Of a stretch of 58,325 nt of DNA, positions 57,281 to 58,325 are shown one piece after another (position 1 is the first letter of the stretch; each line of letters starts with the position of its first letter). The notes below the pieces were generated by a model. It was given only the letters and a program-made list of their open reading frames with translations, searched no databases and was not told the DNA's origin. The stretch is taken from positions 1-58,325 of the forward strand of contig JAAYHF010000169.1 of the NCBI GenBank assembly GCA_012727485.1, written 5' to 3'. This stretch comes from Eubacteriaceae bacterium (GTDB taxonomy: Bacteria > Bacillota > Clostridia > Eubacteriales > Anaerofustaceae). Position numbers and translations under genes: made by a program.

Positions 57281-58325
57281 CAAGGCCGATAAGGGATTCT
57301 ATATCGCTTTTCCTTAAAACCTCATTTTCATAAAGAGCCTTTGACAATCTGCTCAGGGAAACCTCGTTTTCCTTGAGCAGATTTTTCGTCTTCTCATAGC
57401 AGGAATTGATGATAGAGCTTATCTCCATATCCATTTGCGCTCCGAGGGGGTGAATTCCTTCCCTGCGAAAGACCCTGTTGTTGAATTTGGCGCTCATTCC
57501 GTAGGTGCAAACCATATCTTCCGCCAGAGAGTTCGCCCGCTCCAAATCGTTTTGGGCGCCTGTGGTGACCGTTGAAAAAACATTCTCCTCGGCGGCTCTG
57601 CCCGCAAGCAAAACGCATATCCTGTCCATCAGCTCCTCCTTTGTCAGAAGGGTGTTTTCGCCGGTGCTGTCTGCCATTGTGAAGCCCAAAGAAGCGCCGT
57701 GGGGTACAACGGTTATCATATCCGGGTATTTCCCGCCGAAAACCGTTTCCGCAAGAGCGTGACCCGATTCATGGAAGGCTATGGTGAGCTTTTCCGCATC
57801 GCTTATCACCATATCTTTATTTTTAAGCCCCGCCGTGGTCTTGACCAAGGCTTCCTCCAATTCATCGTTGCTTATCTTGTCCTTCTGCTTGCGAATGGCC
57901 AAAAGGGCGGATTCATTCACGATATTTGCCAAATGAGCGCCGCTTAAGCCGTTGGTCTTGGTGGCTATTCTTTTCACATCGACCGTCTTATCCACCGGTT
58001 TATTCTTCAAATTAAGCTCCAATATGGCTTCCCTCGCCTTCAAATGGGGGTTGCCGATATAAATTTGCCGGTCGAATCTGCCCGGGCGAAGCAAAGCCCT
58101 GTCCAACATATCAATTCTGTTGGTGGCGGCAAGCACAACGGTGCCTTCGTTTTCCACGAAGCCGTCCATTTCTATCAGAAGCTGGTTTAGGGTCTGATCC
58201 CTCTCCGAGTTGTTGTCGGTGTTGCGCTGAACCCCAATGGCATCAATCTCATCTATGAATATAATGCAGGGGCGCTTCTTTTCCGCCTTCTCGAAAAGCG
58301 AATGGATCCTCCCCGCCCCCACCCC
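57255..58325 (-). CDS. ftsH: ATP-dependent zinc metalloprotease FtsH, C-terminal part (runs off the right edge)
   Basis: It has Walker B CIIFIDEIDA, the SRH region ATNRIDMLDRALLRPGRFDR and the HExxH motif AFHESGHAL. The frame is open to position 58325. Confidence 0.9.
   Translation of the reverse strand, partial: GVGAGRIHSLFEKAEKKRPCIIFIDEIDAIGVQRNTDNNSERDQTLNQLLIEMDGFVENEGTVVLAATNRIDMLDRALLRPGRFDRQIYIGNPHLKAREAILELNLKNKPVDKTVDVKRIATKTNGLSGAHLANIVNESALLAIRKQKDKISNDELEEALVKTTAGLKNKDMVISDAEKLTIAFHESGHALAETVFGGKYPDMITVVPHGASLGFTMADSTGENTLLTKEELMDRICVLLAGRAAEENVFSTVTTGAQNDLERANSLAEDMVCTYGMSAKFNNRVFRREGIHPLGAQMDMEISSIINSCYEKTKNLLKENEVSLSRLSKALYENEVLRKSDIESLIGLVSFGQSNC

Overview
This is a 58.3-kb chromosomal segment. 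From gene content and synteny (rimP-nusA, asp23-yloV-recG, ireB-ruvX-DUF1292-RNase J-ylbF, DnaD/DnaI-type loaders, GGAGG-type ribosome-binding sites) I infer a Firmicutes/Clostridia-type genome. It is densely coding: about 54 protein genes and one tRNA-Ser(GCU). I see no rRNA, CRISPR array, or intact transposase or integrase. Most genes are housekeeping, covering DNA replication and repair (ligA, mutS2, recO, rarA, recG, ruvX), translation (glyQS, alaS, prfA, rpmB, dusB), cofactor and lipid metabolism (ispE, nadE, plsY, coaX, folC) and proteolysis (ftsH, an M16 peptidase, an M20 peptidase).

The main candidate for an undescribed system is a compact minus-strand operon at 38.19-42.80 kb. It is bounded by a near-consensus promoter with an apparently leaderless start and by a terminator with a 14-bp stem. 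It encodes three proteins:
- a vWA (intact MIDAS) protein whose peptidase-like N-domain has H-C-x-x-H at the expected metal-site position;
- a signal-less BspA-type leucine-rich-repeat protein, translationally coupled to the first gene through an ATGA overlap;
- an AAA_5/MoxR-like ATPase with a roughly 300-aa extension.

Directly upstream of this operon is a 1.09-kb ORF desert. It contains a G9 tract, a terminator-like structured element, and a degenerate copy of a 19-bp hairpin repeat that is tandemly arrayed in front of ligA.

Other points worth a second look:
- a MazF toxin with no adjacent antitoxin;
- an in-frame RuvX-DUF1292 fusion;
- a second ORF-poor region at 21.1-21.7 kb;
- an unannotated 54-aa membrane micro-ORF;
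- a hairpin plus U-tract in the rimP-nusA leader;
- a stand-alone, apparently leaderless pyrR.

All functional calls come from motif and fold-family recognition by eye. No database search was run.
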